Positions 49,701 to 58,956 of a DNA stretch of 64,000 bases are shown here, piece after piece. Position 1 is the stretch's first letter; each line of letters starts with the position of its first letter. The DNA comes from Calditrichales bacterium (GTDB taxonomy: Bacteria > Calditrichota > Calditrichia > Calditrichales > J004): assembly GCA_965267575.1 (NCBI GenBank), contig OZ254086.1, positions 3,456,001-3,520,000 of the forward strand. The letters are read 5' to 3'. The translations under genes were made by a program, and so were the position numbers. The notes below the pieces were generated by a model that worked only from the letters and a program-made list of their open reading frames with translations, searched no databases and had not been told where the DNA came from.

Positions 49701-49810
49701 CGCGCGTAAACTTAATGGGTTACGCGGTGCTACAGTTTTATTACGCACATGCTTTTCAGCGCGAAAAAAATAAAGGACAATTCGGCTTTTTTATTTCGCC
49801 GGGATGGTAA
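46745..49810 (+). CDS. Zincin-like peptidase, TolB-like (PD40) propeller and Omp85/BamA-type barrel protein
   Basis: Signal peptide; HELVH...PLWMVEGMAEY; repeated 'WSPDG' blades; C-terminal 'YLRGY', 'NAEVRLP', 'AFADGG' and final Trp. Confidence 0.82.
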   Translation: MNYLKNLSTYSLLVWITASVLLICSPLQSQYFGRNKVKYEDFDFKIMKSETFKVYYYPGEETAVQNAIAILETWHSSMDGIFNIGLAPDQPIILYANHADFQQTNVTGGIIPQGTGGFTEGLKNRIVLPFSGINSEDKHVLGHELVHAFQYKLMRTLRETRSGSGRTPLWMVEGMAEYLSIGRKDPLTAMWMRDAIMHNDLPAVEDLARSSRYFPYRWGHAMWSFIASKWGDEVILDLFTSVLKNGMQKGFNQVLGVSGDTLSAMWKRSLKQTYAPQVKDTSRHKENLRHIIGGGGGMNMAPSLSPNGKYIAFLSRRELFTIDLYLADAKTGEVIKKLVSSNTDQHFDALRFMNSAGSWSPEGSRFAFVVFKNGDNGIAILDVERREVEKTISMKQVDQITNIAWSPDGNRILYSGAIGGISDLFIYDLKKEQNEQITDDLYSEIQPSWSPDGKKIAFATDRGPQTDLQRNIYGPMKIAVMSLENDQTDLLYISEKAKHINPYFSADGKSIFMVADPDGISNVYRYELASGRLLQLTHLLTGVSGLTELSPAMSVASNKGLVAVSVYEKNEYNIYTLDASDSPGDVYQDEDGFTATVSLPIAERASDGRVEDYLHGDRPVAGLEKAPKKRSYDPSLRLIHIGQAGIGIVADRYGATLGGGVSMFFSDMLGNHVMGVAVQSNGGLKDIGGQVMYQNLENRYNWGASLAHIPYQTASLAVRPDTVNVGGDQVLGRRYELLRQRIFIDRLTLNTEYPLSQNRRLEFGTGYTRYTPDYELEYFTTVQGFQVDRGTEDLQEPNALNLFQSSVAYVGDYSFFGFTSPVDGRRYRFEAEPTIGSLKFVTLLADYRYYHFQNPVTFAVRGMHIGRYWEDAESSRLPPLYLGYQTYLRGYSLGSIDFQNCQTGSSGRCLIYDQLVGSRMALVNAEVRLPFFGTEEFGLINFPYVPTELVAFADGGVTWSKGDQPELKFDTDPSEHVPVFSTGVAARVNLMGYAVLQFYYAHAFQREKNKGQFGFFISPGW

Positions 49811-49830
49811 AAAGAACGGAGTAAACAAAG

Positions 49831-51411
49831 ATGAGCAGCAAAGAGATCATCCTTGCTAAAACAGACGACCTGCAAAACGGTGAGATGAAGAAAATCACGC
49901 TGGACGATGAGCGTGAAATTTTGTTGAGTCGTGTTGATGATTCATTTTATGCCACAGAGGCTTACTGTACGCATTACGGTGCGCCGCTTGATACGGGCGT
50001 TATCTGCGGCAACCGCATAATCTGTCCCTGGCACCATGCGGTATTTAAAGCGGACAGTGGAAAACTGTGCGACCCGCCGGCACTTGACGGATTGGGCGCC
50101 TATGATCTTCAGGTCCGGGGAAAAGATGTATTGCTGATTGGAGAAAAGCCTAAAAAAGTGCCATCCAAAAAGGAAGACAGCAGAACGTTTGTGATCGTAG
50201 GTGGTGGTGCGGCTGGAAATGCGGCCGCGCTGGCGTTGCGCGAATTCGGCTTTAAAGGACATTTGATTATTGTCTCCGCTGATGAACACCCGCCTTATGA
50301 CCGCCCCAATCTGAGCAAGGATTTCCTGCAGGGTGATTTTGAAATGGACTGGTTGCCTTTACGTGAAAAAGGCTACTATTCGGACAATAAGATTGAGATT
50401 ATCCTGAACCAAAAGGTGAAGGAGTTGGATACGGCAAAACGTGAAGTTGCACTTGAAGCGGGGCAAAGGCTCAAATACGACAAACTGTTGCTTGCCACGG
50501 GAGGGCGGCCGCGAAAGCTGCATACGAATGGAAGCGATCTGAAAAACGTGTTTACGCTGCGCACCCGCAACGATGCTGAAAAGATCCTGAAAGTTGCTGA
50601 AAAATCTAAAAATATCGCTGTTGTTGGTGCCAGTTTTATCGGCATGGAGACAGCGGAGAATTTGCACCGTGATGGCAAAAACGTAAGCATCATCGCGCCG
50701 GAAGAGGTGCCTTTTGCCGGGTTGTTTGGCAAGAAGTTTGGCGAGATGATTCGCAAGAAGCAGGAAGAGGCCGGGTTGAGTTTTCACTTGGGCAGAAAAG
50801 TGCAGGAGTTTAAGGGAAGCGGCAAAGTAAGCAGCGTGCTGCTGGACAACGGCGACAGCGTGGATGCAGATATGGTTATTGTGGGCATTGGCGTAGAGCC
50901 GGTAAGCGACTTTATTAATAGTCTGCCGCGCGACAAAGACAACAGCCTGGTAGTGGACGCACACCTTGCCGCTGCTGAAAACGTTTATGCCGCCGGCGAT
51001 ATCGCTACGTTTCCGTATGCGGTAACAGGCAACAAAATCCGTGTGGAGCACTGGCGGGTAGCCGACCAACTGGGTCGTATAGCCGCGCAAAACATGCTGG
51101 GACTGGATGTGAAAGCCGATATCGTTCCCTTTTTCTGGACAAGCCTGGCCGGCCTGAGATTGCGCTACGTGGGACATGTGAAAGAGTGGAATGAGACCAT
51201 TGTGGCGGGAGATATAAACAGCGACGATTTTATGATCTGTTACGTGAAGGATGGTCGACTGCTTGCGGCGCTGGCCACCGGGCGGGACAAAGAGATGGCC
51301 GCATTTGAAGAACTGCTGCGTCTGGGTAAAATGCCTGAGCCCAAAGCGTTGGGTAAAATAAAACCAAACACGTTTCAGCAGATTCTTAAATCGGCTTGCG
51401 GCGAACAGTAA
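49831..51411 (+). CDS. Rieske [2Fe-2S] domain fused to an FAD/NAD(P)H ferredoxin reductase (AIF-like)
   Basis: CTHYGAPL...CPWH, GGGAAG, PYDRPNLSK, LLATGG, GASFIGME, AAGDIA, RVEHW. Confidence 0.92.
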   Translation: MSSKEIILAKTDDLQNGEMKKITLDDEREILLSRVDDSFYATEAYCTHYGAPLDTGVICGNRIICPWHHAVFKADSGKLCDPPALDGLGAYDLQVRGKDVLLIGEKPKKVPSKKEDSRTFVIVGGGAAGNAAALALREFGFKGHLIIVSADEHPPYDRPNLSKDFLQGDFEMDWLPLREKGYYSDNKIEIILNQKVKELDTAKREVALEAGQRLKYDKLLLATGGRPRKLHTNGSDLKNVFTLRTRNDAEKILKVAEKSKNIAVVGASFIGMETAENLHRDGKNVSIIAPEEVPFAGLFGKKFGEMIRKKQEEAGLSFHLGRKVQEFKGSGKVSSVLLDNGDSVDADMVIVGIGVEPVSDFINSLPRDKDNSLVVDAHLAAAENVYAAGDIATFPYAVTGNKIRVEHWRVADQLGRIAAQNMLGLDVKADIVPFFWTSLAGLRLRYVGHVKEWNETIVAGDINSDDFMICYVKDGRLLAALATGRDKEMAAFEELLRLGKMPEPKALGKIKPNTFQQILKSACGEQ

Positions 51412-51445
51412 AAACTTTCATTGATAACTGAAGGGAGCTTAAACC

Positions 51446-51769
51446 ATGAAGACAATCACAAAGGAAACACTGAAAGAAAAGCTTGAGAACAATGACGTTA
51501 CGCTTGTTGAGGTCTTAAGCGAAGATCAATACAAGGAAAGCCACATTAAAGGGGCCATTAATATACCGCTAAAAAATATCGTCAGTGAGGCAAAGAAGAA
51601 ATTCGACCAGGACGAAGAGATCGTTGTTTATTGCTCCGATGAAGAGTGCACGGCCAGCCCAACGGCTGCTTCAAAACTGGAGAAATCGGGCTTTGAAAAT
51701 GTGTACGATTTTGAAGGTGGAAAAAAAGAATGGCGCGAAGCCGGTTACCCCATGGCCGGTAATAACTAG
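51446..51769 (+). CDS. Single-domain rhodanese-like protein
   Basis: SHIKGAINIP, IVVYC, FEGGKKEW. Confidence 0.9.
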   Translation: MKTITKETLKEKLENNDVTLVEVLSEDQYKESHIKGAINIPLKNIVSEAKKKFDQDEEIVVYCSDEECTASPTAASKLEKSGFENVYDFEGGKKEWREAGYPMAGNN

Positions 51770-51784
51770 GAGCCACCTGCTGAA

Positions 51785-52129
51785 ATGAACGAGAAACCAA
51801 AGGTGCTTGTAGACAGTGAATGCGCGTTTTGCAATAAAAGCGTTGCTTTCATCATCGAGCACGGTGGCGAAAGCGATTTGGATTTTCTATCGCTCTATTC
51901 CGATGAGGGCAAGCAGTTACTTAAAAAGCATGGACTACCGCAAGATTATAATAAATCGCTGGTGCTTATTGAAGACGGCAAACTGTACCTTAAATTGGAC
52001 GCCGCCCTAAAAATTGCACGCCGGCTGGATGGAATCTGGCCGGTTTTTTATTATTTCCGTTTTGTGCCGCGGTTTATTCGTGACGCCGTTTATGACATCA
52101 TTTCCCGCCACCGTCATAAGCTGATTTAA
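51785..52129 (+). CDS. DCC1-like thiol-disulfide oxidoreductase (DUF393)
   Basis: DSECAFC (DxxCxxC) and 'VPRFIRDAVYD.ISRHR'. Confidence 0.88.
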   Translation: MNEKPKVLVDSECAFCNKSVAFIIEHGGESDLDFLSLYSDEGKQLLKKHGLPQDYNKSLVLIEDGKLYLKLDAALKIARRLDGIWPVFYYFRFVPRFIRDAVYDIISRHRHKLI

Positions 52130-52197
52130 TATTTGCCTCTGAACAGCATCTTGGATAAGCTTGCCTTTTACAATTCCAACACATCACGAGGAAAGCT

Positions 52198-52767
52198 ATG
52201 AAAAGCTGTGCCTGGGCCGCTGATCCCATCCACCATGACTACCACGATAAAGAGTGGGGCGTACCCGTTCATGACGACCGCCTTCTGTTCGAATTCCTGA
52301 TTCTGGAAGGAGCGCAGGCCGGCCTGAGCTGGTCGACAATACTGGCCAAGCGCGATAATTATCGCCGTTTGTTTGACAATTTTGACCCCCAAAAAGTCAG
52401 CAAATACGACGAAGCAAAAATTGAATCGCTACTACAGGATGCCGGTATTGTACGCAACAGGTTAAAAGTGAACGCGGCGGTTACAAACGCCAAAGCCTTC
52501 CTCGAGATTCAGCGCGAGTTTGGCAGTTTTGACACATGGATATGGTCTTTTGTGGACTATAAACCGATTCAGAACAAATGGAATATGCTTTCAGAATTGC
52601 CGGCGCACACCGAGATTTCCGACCGCATGAGCAAGGAGCTGAAAAAACGCGGCTTCAAATTCGTCGGCTCCACGATTTGCTACGCTTTTATGCAGGCGAC
52701 GGGGATGGTGAATGACCACACGGAGGATTGCTTCCGCTATGAAGAAATCAAAAAGATGGCAGGATAA
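52198..52767 (+). CDS. tag: DNA-3-methyladenine glycosylase I
   Basis: CAW, YHDKEWG, LEGAQAGLSW, IVRNRLK, GFKFVG, GMVNDH...C. Confidence 0.96.
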   Translation: MKSCAWAADPIHHDYHDKEWGVPVHDDRLLFEFLILEGAQAGLSWSTILAKRDNYRRLFDNFDPQKVSKYDEAKIESLLQDAGIVRNRLKVNAAVTNAKAFLEIQREFGSFDTWIWSFVDYKPIQNKWNMLSELPAHTEISDRMSKELKKRGFKFVGSTICYAFMQATGMVNDHTEDCFRYEEIKKMAG

Positions 52768-53681
52768 TGGGCACGCACGCATACAACGCGGATGAACGCA
52801 ACGAGACTATTAAGATCAACATCAACGGCGAGCTATTCCCAAGGAACGAAGCCAAAATATCTGTATTTGACGCGGGCTTTATGCTGGGCGACGGGGTGTG
52901 GGAAGGTATCCGTCTGCACAGGGGCAAGCTGGTTTTTATCGACCAGCACATGAAGCGGCTGTTTGACGGTGCCAAGGCATTGGATTTTGAGATCGGGCTT
53001 TCTAAAAAGCAATTGGTCGATCGTATTTACGCCACCTGCCGCGCCAACGCTATGAGCGATAATGTACATATCCGGCTGATGGTTTCGCGCGGAGTAAAAT
53101 CCACACCGCACCAGGACCCGCGGCTTACGGTGAGCAAACCGACAATCGTTATTATACCTGAATATAAAGAGCCTGGCGATGATGCCTACAAGCGCGGTGT
53201 AAATCTCTACACTGTCCACGTGCGCCGCGGCTACCCCGATGTGCAAGACCCCAAGCTCAATACGCATTCCAAGCTTAACTGTATCTTTGCCTGCATCCAG
53301 GCCCAAAAAGCCGGCGCCGAAGAAGCGCTGATGCTGGACCCGCATGGCTTCGTGGCCACCTGTAATTCCACGCATTTTTTCATCGTGCGCGGCAGGGAAG
53401 TATGGACCTCCAGCGGCGACTTCTGCCTCGACGGCATTACACGGCGCAACGTGATTGAACTGTGCACGGAGAATGGCATCCCGGTTTATGAGAAAAACTT
53501 CAGCCTGTCCGATGTATATGGTGCGGAGGAAGCGTTTGTAACCGGTACTTTTGGGGGGATTACGCCCGTAGCGAGCGTGGACGGCAGAAAAATTGGCAAA
53601 GAAAAATCGCGCCCCATGACAAAGCGTTTGCGTGAATTGTATGCCGCGCTTATCGAGCGTGAAATGGGCAAGGAAGAATAG
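52767..53681 (+). CDS. Class IV PLP-dependent aminotransferase (IlvE/Dat-like)
   Basis: SVFDAGFMLGDGVWEGIR, HSKLNCI, EALMLD, CLDGITR, EAFVTGT. Confidence 0.9.
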   Translation: MGTHAYNADERNETIKININGELFPRNEAKISVFDAGFMLGDGVWEGIRLHRGKLVFIDQHMKRLFDGAKALDFEIGLSKKQLVDRIYATCRANAMSDNVHIRLMVSRGVKSTPHQDPRLTVSKPTIVIIPEYKEPGDDAYKRGVNLYTVHVRRGYPDVQDPKLNTHSKLNCIFACIQAQKAGAEEALMLDPHGFVATCNSTHFFIVRGREVWTSSGDFCLDGITRRNVIELCTENGIPVYEKNFSLSDVYGAEEAFVTGTFGGITPVASVDGRKIGKEKSRPMTKRLRELYAALIEREMGKEE

Positions 53682-53682
53682 C

Positions 53683-54423
53683 ATGGCGCTGCGTATAGCC
53701 ATGTGGTCGGGACCGCGCAATATCTCCACGGCCATGATGCGCTCCTGGGAAAACCGCGAAGATACATGCGTGATAGACGAGCCTTTTTACGCTTATTATC
53801 TAAAACGCACGGGCCTGAAACATCCCGGTTACAAAGAGGTGATTGCCAGCCAGCCGCAAACGTGGCAGGAGGTGGCCGAAAACCTCAGCAAAAAGCCAAT
53901 CCCGCGTGAAAACGGGGGAGAAACAATTTTTTATCAAAAGCACATGACACACCACATGCTACCGGAGATCGAGCTGGATTGGACGATCCACCTGAAACAC
54001 TGCTTCCTGATACGTGACCCTTTGGAGGTAGTGCAATCCTACATTAAGAAAAACGAGTTGCGCGGCGAAGAGGACATTGGTGTAAAGCGGCAAATGGAGC
54101 TTTATGAGCGGGTTTCCCAAATCAGCGGACAGGATATTCCCGTTATCGATGCCGGGGATTTTTTGCAAAACCCGCGAGGCATGCTGCGCAGGTTGTGTGA
54201 TTGTTTTGGATTGAAGTTTACGGAGCGCATGCTCTCCTGGCCTGCGGGCCGTCGCGCGTCGGACGGGGTTTGGGCAAAATATTGGTATGACGCGGTGGAG
54301 AAATCCACCGGGTTTAAAACCTGGGAAGAACGCGAAATCAGATTGGAGTCATGGGCACGGGCAATCGCCGAAGAGAGCAGGGCGGCGTACGCTCAACTAT
54401 ATCATAAAAGAGTGACGTGTTAA
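53683..54423 (+). CDS. Sulfotransferase-like P-loop protein
   Basis: IAMWSGPRNISTAMMRSW, DEPFYA, FYQKHM, FLIRDP, MLSWPAG, WY..V..STGF. Start moved to ATG 53683. Confidence 0.78.
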   Translation: MALRIAMWSGPRNISTAMMRSWENREDTCVIDEPFYAYYLKRTGLKHPGYKEVIASQPQTWQEVAENLSKKPIPRENGGETIFYQKHMTHHMLPEIELDWTIHLKHCFLIRDPLEVVQSYIKKNELRGEEDIGVKRQMELYERVSQISGQDIPVIDAGDFLQNPRGMLRRLCDCFGLKFTERMLSWPAGRRASDGVWAKYWYDAVEKSTGFKTWEEREIRLESWARAIAEESRAAYAQLYHKRVTC

Positions 54424-54433
54424 TCAACTATGA

Positions 54434-55474
54434 CTATTTCCTTGAAGCGACCAGCAGTGTAAATCCGGGGCTTTGCTTCAACGGAACGACTTTTGAATTT
54501 GTGAAACCTGCTTCTTCCAACCATGTTTGGACATCTTTTACTTTGTAAGCACGTCCGTTAGCAAACAAAAATAAATTCCAGCCGATTAGCGATGCTACGG
54601 AGCGAACAAATCTAGAACCTGAAATATTATCAAATTGGTCTAATATGGCGATGGTGCCTTTATCCGTCGTACTTGCCTGAAGTTTTTTAAAAATACGCTT
54701 GTTTTCTTCCGGGCTGTTACCGTGAATAATATTTCCCAGAAAAGCCAGATCGTAGCCGTTCGGAAAATCGTCTTTGTGGAAATCACCTTCCAGCGTGTCT
54801 ATTCTTTCGGCCACATCCTTCTCTTGTTCCAGGGTCTGCCGCGCGTTTTCAATACCGACAGGCCAATCCATTACCGTTGCCTGCAGTTCAGGGTATTTAC
54901 GGCACATTTCCACGCAATAAAGTCCGTGACTGCCACCAACGTCGAGCATGCGTTGCGCGCCATCCGGTAGCTTTAATTTTTTGCACACTTCATTTACCGT
55001 AGAGCCTGCCAGCCAGCGCATGGAAACCTGGTAGCTGCGGGCGATTTCTCCGCTCTTTACATTATCCCAACCGAAAATACCATCTTCCGGCGCTTCCTTA
55101 ACAGCCCTGGCGCCATATTTAACACTTGTGATCATCTGCTCTTTGAAGAAGGGGACCATTTCATGAAAGGTGTTGATTGGAACGGTCTTTTCAGCGTAGG
55201 GCGTAAGTGCGTATTCGCCGTTTTTTAGCTCCACATATCCGAGTGGTTTTAAGACCTGAAGTAAATTTTCCAGGCCGCGGGCATCGGCATTCGTTTTTTT
55301 AGCCAATGTCTCAAGGCTTTGCGGACCGTCATTCATTTTCCGAAAAAGATCGATTTCGCCGGCGGCACAAAAGGCCGCGCCCATAAACGATGGCAGGCCC
55401 AGATCTAAAAGCGGACCGGGGATAATGCCAAATTTAATTAAAAGACGTTCGGCAAAATTAGGTTTTAGTGGCAT
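54434..55474 (-). CDS. SAM-dependent O-methyltransferase (dimerisation plus methyltransferase_2 domains)
   Basis: N-terminal wHTH-like region, LDVGGSHG, GDF, GNIIH, WLEEAGF. Confidence 0.85.
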   Translation of the reverse strand: MPLKPNFAERLLIKFGIIPGPLLDLGLPSFMGAAFCAAGEIDLFRKMNDGPQSLETLAKKTNADARGLENLLQVLKPLGYVELKNGEYALTPYAEKTVPINTFHEMVPFFKEQMITSVKYGARAVKEAPEDGIFGWDNVKSGEIARSYQVSMRWLAGSTVNEVCKKLKLPDGAQRMLDVGGSHGLYCVEMCRKYPELQATVMDWPVGIENARQTLEQEKDVAERIDTLEGDFHKDDFPNGYDLAFLGNIIHGNSPEENKRIFKKLQASTTDKGTIAILDQFDNISGSRFVRSVASLIGWNLFLFANGRAYKVKDVQTWLEEAGFTNSKVVPLKQSPGFTLLVASRK

Positions 55475-55571
55475 GGCAGCTCCTCTTTTTATGAATAAAA
55501 TTAAAAGAGGCGTGCAGCGTCTGAGAAGTCAAAAAATTAACAAAAATGAAAATGGGGCAACGCCCGATTTT

Positions 55572-56306
55572 TTACATTGACAACAGCAGATTTCTTAAAA
55601 ATCTCTTCCAGTCTTCGACGTTCATAAAAAACCAGGGTTGATTACCCAAACGGAAAATAAGGTTTTTCTGATTCAGCCAGCTCCAGCCGTGGTGCCAGTG
55701 GTGCAGACAGAACGATTCCGGCTTGATGTAGGTGTGATGGTTTTTTTCCAGGCGGTTTCTGTAATGCAAAGGGGTAAAAAATGCGGAAGGATAAATGGTA
55801 ATATCCTGATCCAGGTGTTGATGTCTATCGCCGCTTGCCAGACCATATTTGCGCGCCAGCTTTGTTGCGATCCGCGGCATGGTGGGCGGGCTGCTGATTT
55901 TCAGCCGAAGCGAGTTGTCATAAAAGTCCAGACATTCCTTTATAAATGGGTGACCCTTTTGCGCGCCGATAACGTGGCAGCCCAGCATGTGCGCGTCTTC
56001 CCGGCCGAAAAAACAAGCATTCCCAAGCAACGGATCAAAGCTTTTTAGTACTTCGACGTCAAGATCAAGATAAATGCCGCCGTGATGATAAAGCGCGTAG
56101 AGGCGCAGGTAATCGCTTGCGAAAGCCCATCTCTTTTTGCGCAGCATCCTGCGGTAGAAAGCTGAGTCCGGCGCCGCTGAACCATCCCAGGCAAAGAGCT
56201 TGTAATCGCCTAATACTTTTTCCCAGGAGGCAAAGCAATCTTTATAAATGGCGTCCCACGGTTCGTCGCTGAGCCAGGCGTAATGAATCGTTTTTGGTAT
56301 CGGCAT
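55572..56306 (-). CDS. GT32 (Och1-like, DxD) glycosyltransferase
   Basis: IPKTIHYAW, WAFASDYLRLYALYHHGGIYLDLDVE, HHWHHGW. Confidence 0.9.
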   Translation of the reverse strand: MPIPKTIHYAWLSDEPWDAIYKDCFASWEKVLGDYKLFAWDGSAAPDSAFYRRMLRKKRWAFASDYLRLYALYHHGGIYLDLDVEVLKSFDPLLGNACFFGREDAHMLGCHVIGAQKGHPFIKECLDFYDNSLRLKISSPPTMPRIATKLARKYGLASGDRHQHLDQDITIYPSAFFTPLHYRNRLEKNHHTYIKPESFCLHHWHHGWSWLNQKNLIFRLGNQPWFFMNVEDWKRFLRNLLLSM

Positions 56307-56387
56307 GGCTCAAAATAGCGCATTTTGATTAATCTGGTCAACCAATCCCAACTTGAACTTATATGGCCGGAAACAATAGATTTACCC

Positions 56388-57269
56388 ATGAGCAATCCGC
56401 AATCCATGCTGTTCTGTGTGTTTTCCTATAACAGGTCGCGATTTTTACGTAACCTTCTGGCATCCGTGGAATTGTTTTTTCCGGGACAGGAGGTAGCTAT
56501 TTTTGATGATGACAGTGACGATCCAAAGCTGCTTTCTTTTTACGGGCAATTGGAAAACAAGCCGGACTATTCTGTCCTTAAAGCACAAAATAAGCGCACT
56601 GCCGGAAAGCACGGCGGATTGTATCAGCGCATGAATCAGGCTTTGGATTATTGCCAGCAGTATGGCATTCAATACGCCTTTTTTATACAGGATGATATGC
56701 AGTTTGTGTGTGATGCCGATTTGCATTCGCGATGCGAACGTATTTTTTCCAGGCAGGAAAACGCGCTCATGTACAGTCCGCTTTTTATGCAAAAAATCTA
56801 TCTGCCACATATAGAGTCATTCATAGAAAAGCGTGATGGCGATTATGTGATAAAAGATTACGGTATTGCCGATGTCGGGATAATTGACCTAAAACGTGCC
56901 GTACGCGCCGGTCTGCGCTTTGATGATCGTGGGGAGCGATATAACGGTCAGCTCTATCATAAGCAGGGCCATGAGGTTATCCTGGCGAAAAAACCTTGCC
57001 TCGCCTGGGTGCCCTGGGCATCTGCATTCAGGGAAAGACGGAAGAAAGGGATTTCCATTTACAAAAACGGTTCCCTTTTTATTGAGCCTTTGGGAGAACT
57101 TGCCCTAAAAAAGCTGAACGATAATGATGACATTCCTTTCCTGGAGGATTTTACCCGCAGCAAACGCGCCTTGCCAAAGCCTTACTTCTATAAAGCATTC
57201 AATTTTAAAGAGATTGTGATTTCTTATTTCACATATATCAAACATAAACTGACGGGACGGCTCCGGTGA
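56388..57269 (+). CDS. GT2-like (GT-A fold) glycosyltransferase
   Basis: VFSYNR, IFDDDSDD, MNQAL, FIQDDMQ. Start uncertain (56325, 56388 or 56406). Confidence 0.7.
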   Translation: MSNPQSMLFCVFSYNRSRFLRNLLASVELFFPGQEVAIFDDDSDDPKLLSFYGQLENKPDYSVLKAQNKRTAGKHGGLYQRMNQALDYCQQYGIQYAFFIQDDMQFVCDADLHSRCERIFSRQENALMYSPLFMQKIYLPHIESFIEKRDGDYVIKDYGIADVGIIDLKRAVRAGLRFDDRGERYNGQLYHKQGHEVILAKKPCLAWVPWASAFRERRKKGISIYKNGSLFIEPLGELALKKLNDNDDIPFLEDFTRSKRALPKPYFYKAFNFKEIVISYFTYIKHKLTGRLR

Positions 57270-58096
57270 ATAAAAAGGAATATTATAAGACAATCGCCGA
57301 ACATTACGACCGCGAGGCCGCCTCTTATGAACAAAGGCAGTTGCCCAACAAAACGCTGCAACGCATAAGAGCCGACTTTCGTGATGTGGCTGAACGCTAT
57401 ATGACAGGCCGGAAGGTTCTGGATTTCGGCTGTGGTGTTGGCTCGGATGCCTGCTATTTTGCAGGTAAGTTTCCGGAAAAAGTTTTTACAGGCCTGGACT
57501 TGTCGCCGGCGATGATTGCGGAGGCCGAATCAAAAAAGCGATCAGAAAATTTACAAAATGCGCATTTTATTACCGGGAGCCTGGTTGACCTTGAAGAGGC
57601 CGGTTTTGATTGTATCTACAGTTTTTTTGGTACGCTAAATACCGTGCATGACCTTGAAGCGGTGGCTGAGGATTTTTATGACCTGCTGAATGATAATGGA
57701 AAACTGGTAGTTACTTTGGTCAACAAATGGTACCCGATGGGTATGCTGGCGTATCTGCGGCGTTTGCGTTTTAGAAAGGCTTTTGATCGTCTGGGAAAAG
57801 TCTGGCAGGGCTATTCGGAGGAGCGGTTGCTGCCAAGCCGCACCTATTACGGACGAGAAGTTCTACAGGCCTTCAGTTCTTTTAATTTGCTTTACCGCCG
57901 CGGCTATTCAATCGTTTACCCGGCGTGGTTCCAGGACAGGATTACGCGCAAACTGGGCGCCTTGTCCAAAAAGCTCTGGAAGTGGGACGAACAGCTTAGC
58001 CGCACGCCGCTGTGGAGCTGGGGCGAACACGTTTTGCTGGTCTTCGAAAAATCCCCCGGTCACGATTCCAGCAAATCCCGCACCGAGCGGTACTGA
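57266..58096 (+). CDS. Class I SAM-dependent methyltransferase
   Basis: VLDFGCGVG, GLDLSPAM, FDCIYS, LNDNGKLV. Confidence 0.88.
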   Translation: MNKKEYYKTIAEHYDREAASYEQRQLPNKTLQRIRADFRDVAERYMTGRKVLDFGCGVGSDACYFAGKFPEKVFTGLDLSPAMIAEAESKKRSENLQNAHFITGSLVDLEEAGFDCIYSFFGTLNTVHDLEAVAEDFYDLLNDNGKLVVTLVNKWYPMGMLAYLRRLRFRKAFDRLGKVWQGYSEERLLPSRTYYGREVLQAFSSFNLLYRRGYSIVYPAWFQDRITRKLGALSKKLWKWDEQLSRTPLWSWGEHVLLVFEKSPGHDSSKSRTERY

Positions 58097-58956
58097 AAAT
58101 CGAAATTATCGATGATGGATGTGTATTTTGAAACCAGGCGAATGTCGCATGTGAGGGCGTCGCTGACGATGGCGCCGTAGCGCCGGGTTAATTCTTCTTT
58201 TGGTATGATTTTGATCTCTTTGTTGTAATGCGAGGCCAGCTCTTCCACAAATTGCCTGTGACTGATGCCAATCGGGCTGTACAGGTTATAGGCGCGTGAA
58301 GCAGGTGCCTGCAGGGCGTAGGCTTTTATCAACCTGCCCAGATCGTTTTTATGGATAATGCTCATAAAGTTCTTGCCATCACCGTATTGCGGTACAAATC
58401 CTTCTTTTATAATCACATCTTCAAAAAAGGCCTTGAACCAGGAATCATGGCCAAAAATCCAGCCGGGCCGGCACATGATGACCGGGTTGACGCTCAGGTT
58501 GTGCAGAAAGGGACGCTCCGCTTTTACATAATCGATGGCGTAGCTGATCGGGTTCACGGGGAAGTCTTCATCGACACTTTTTCCGGGATGGGAGCCGTAC
58601 ATAAGCGAGCCGGAAACGTAAACCAGCCTCGTCTGCCGTTCGCGTATTGCCTTGAGAATACGACCGTTTGCCACTCTGCCCAAAAAGGCCGCTTTGCGGC
58701 GCCCCAGAAAACGGTAGCGTTTGCCGGAGATGCGCGCGGCATGGATGATAAGACCGGGATTTAATTCATTGATTAAAGCGGGCACATCAAACAGGGAGCC
58801 CTGAACCCGCCTGACATCGGGATGGTCGTTTATGGTCGTGCGGTTTTGCAGGGCGTGAAGTTCAAATTGTACGGTATCTTCTGAGAAGGCGCGCAAAATT
58901 TCGCTTCCCACAAAACCCGAGGCGCCCAAAAAAAGTATTTTCTTCGTCTTATTCAT
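58060..58956 (-). CDS. NAD-dependent epimerase/dehydratase-like atypical SDR
   Basis: LGASGFVG, IHAA, YVSGS.MYG, RPGWIFG, GDGKN. Start moved to ATG 58956. Confidence 0.8.
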   Translation of the reverse strand: MNKTKKILFLGASGFVGSEILRAFSEDTVQFELHALQNRTTINDHPDVRRVQGSLFDVPALINELNPGLIIHAARISGKRYRFLGRRKAAFLGRVANGRILKAIRERQTRLVYVSGSLMYGSHPGKSVDEDFPVNPISYAIDYVKAERPFLHNLSVNPVIMCRPGWIFGHDSWFKAFFEDVIIKEGFVPQYGDGKNFMSIIHKNDLGRLIKAYALQAPASRAYNLYSPIGISHRQFVEELASHYNKEIKIIPKEELTRRYGAIVSDALTCDIRLVSKYTSIIDNFDFQYRSVRDLLES

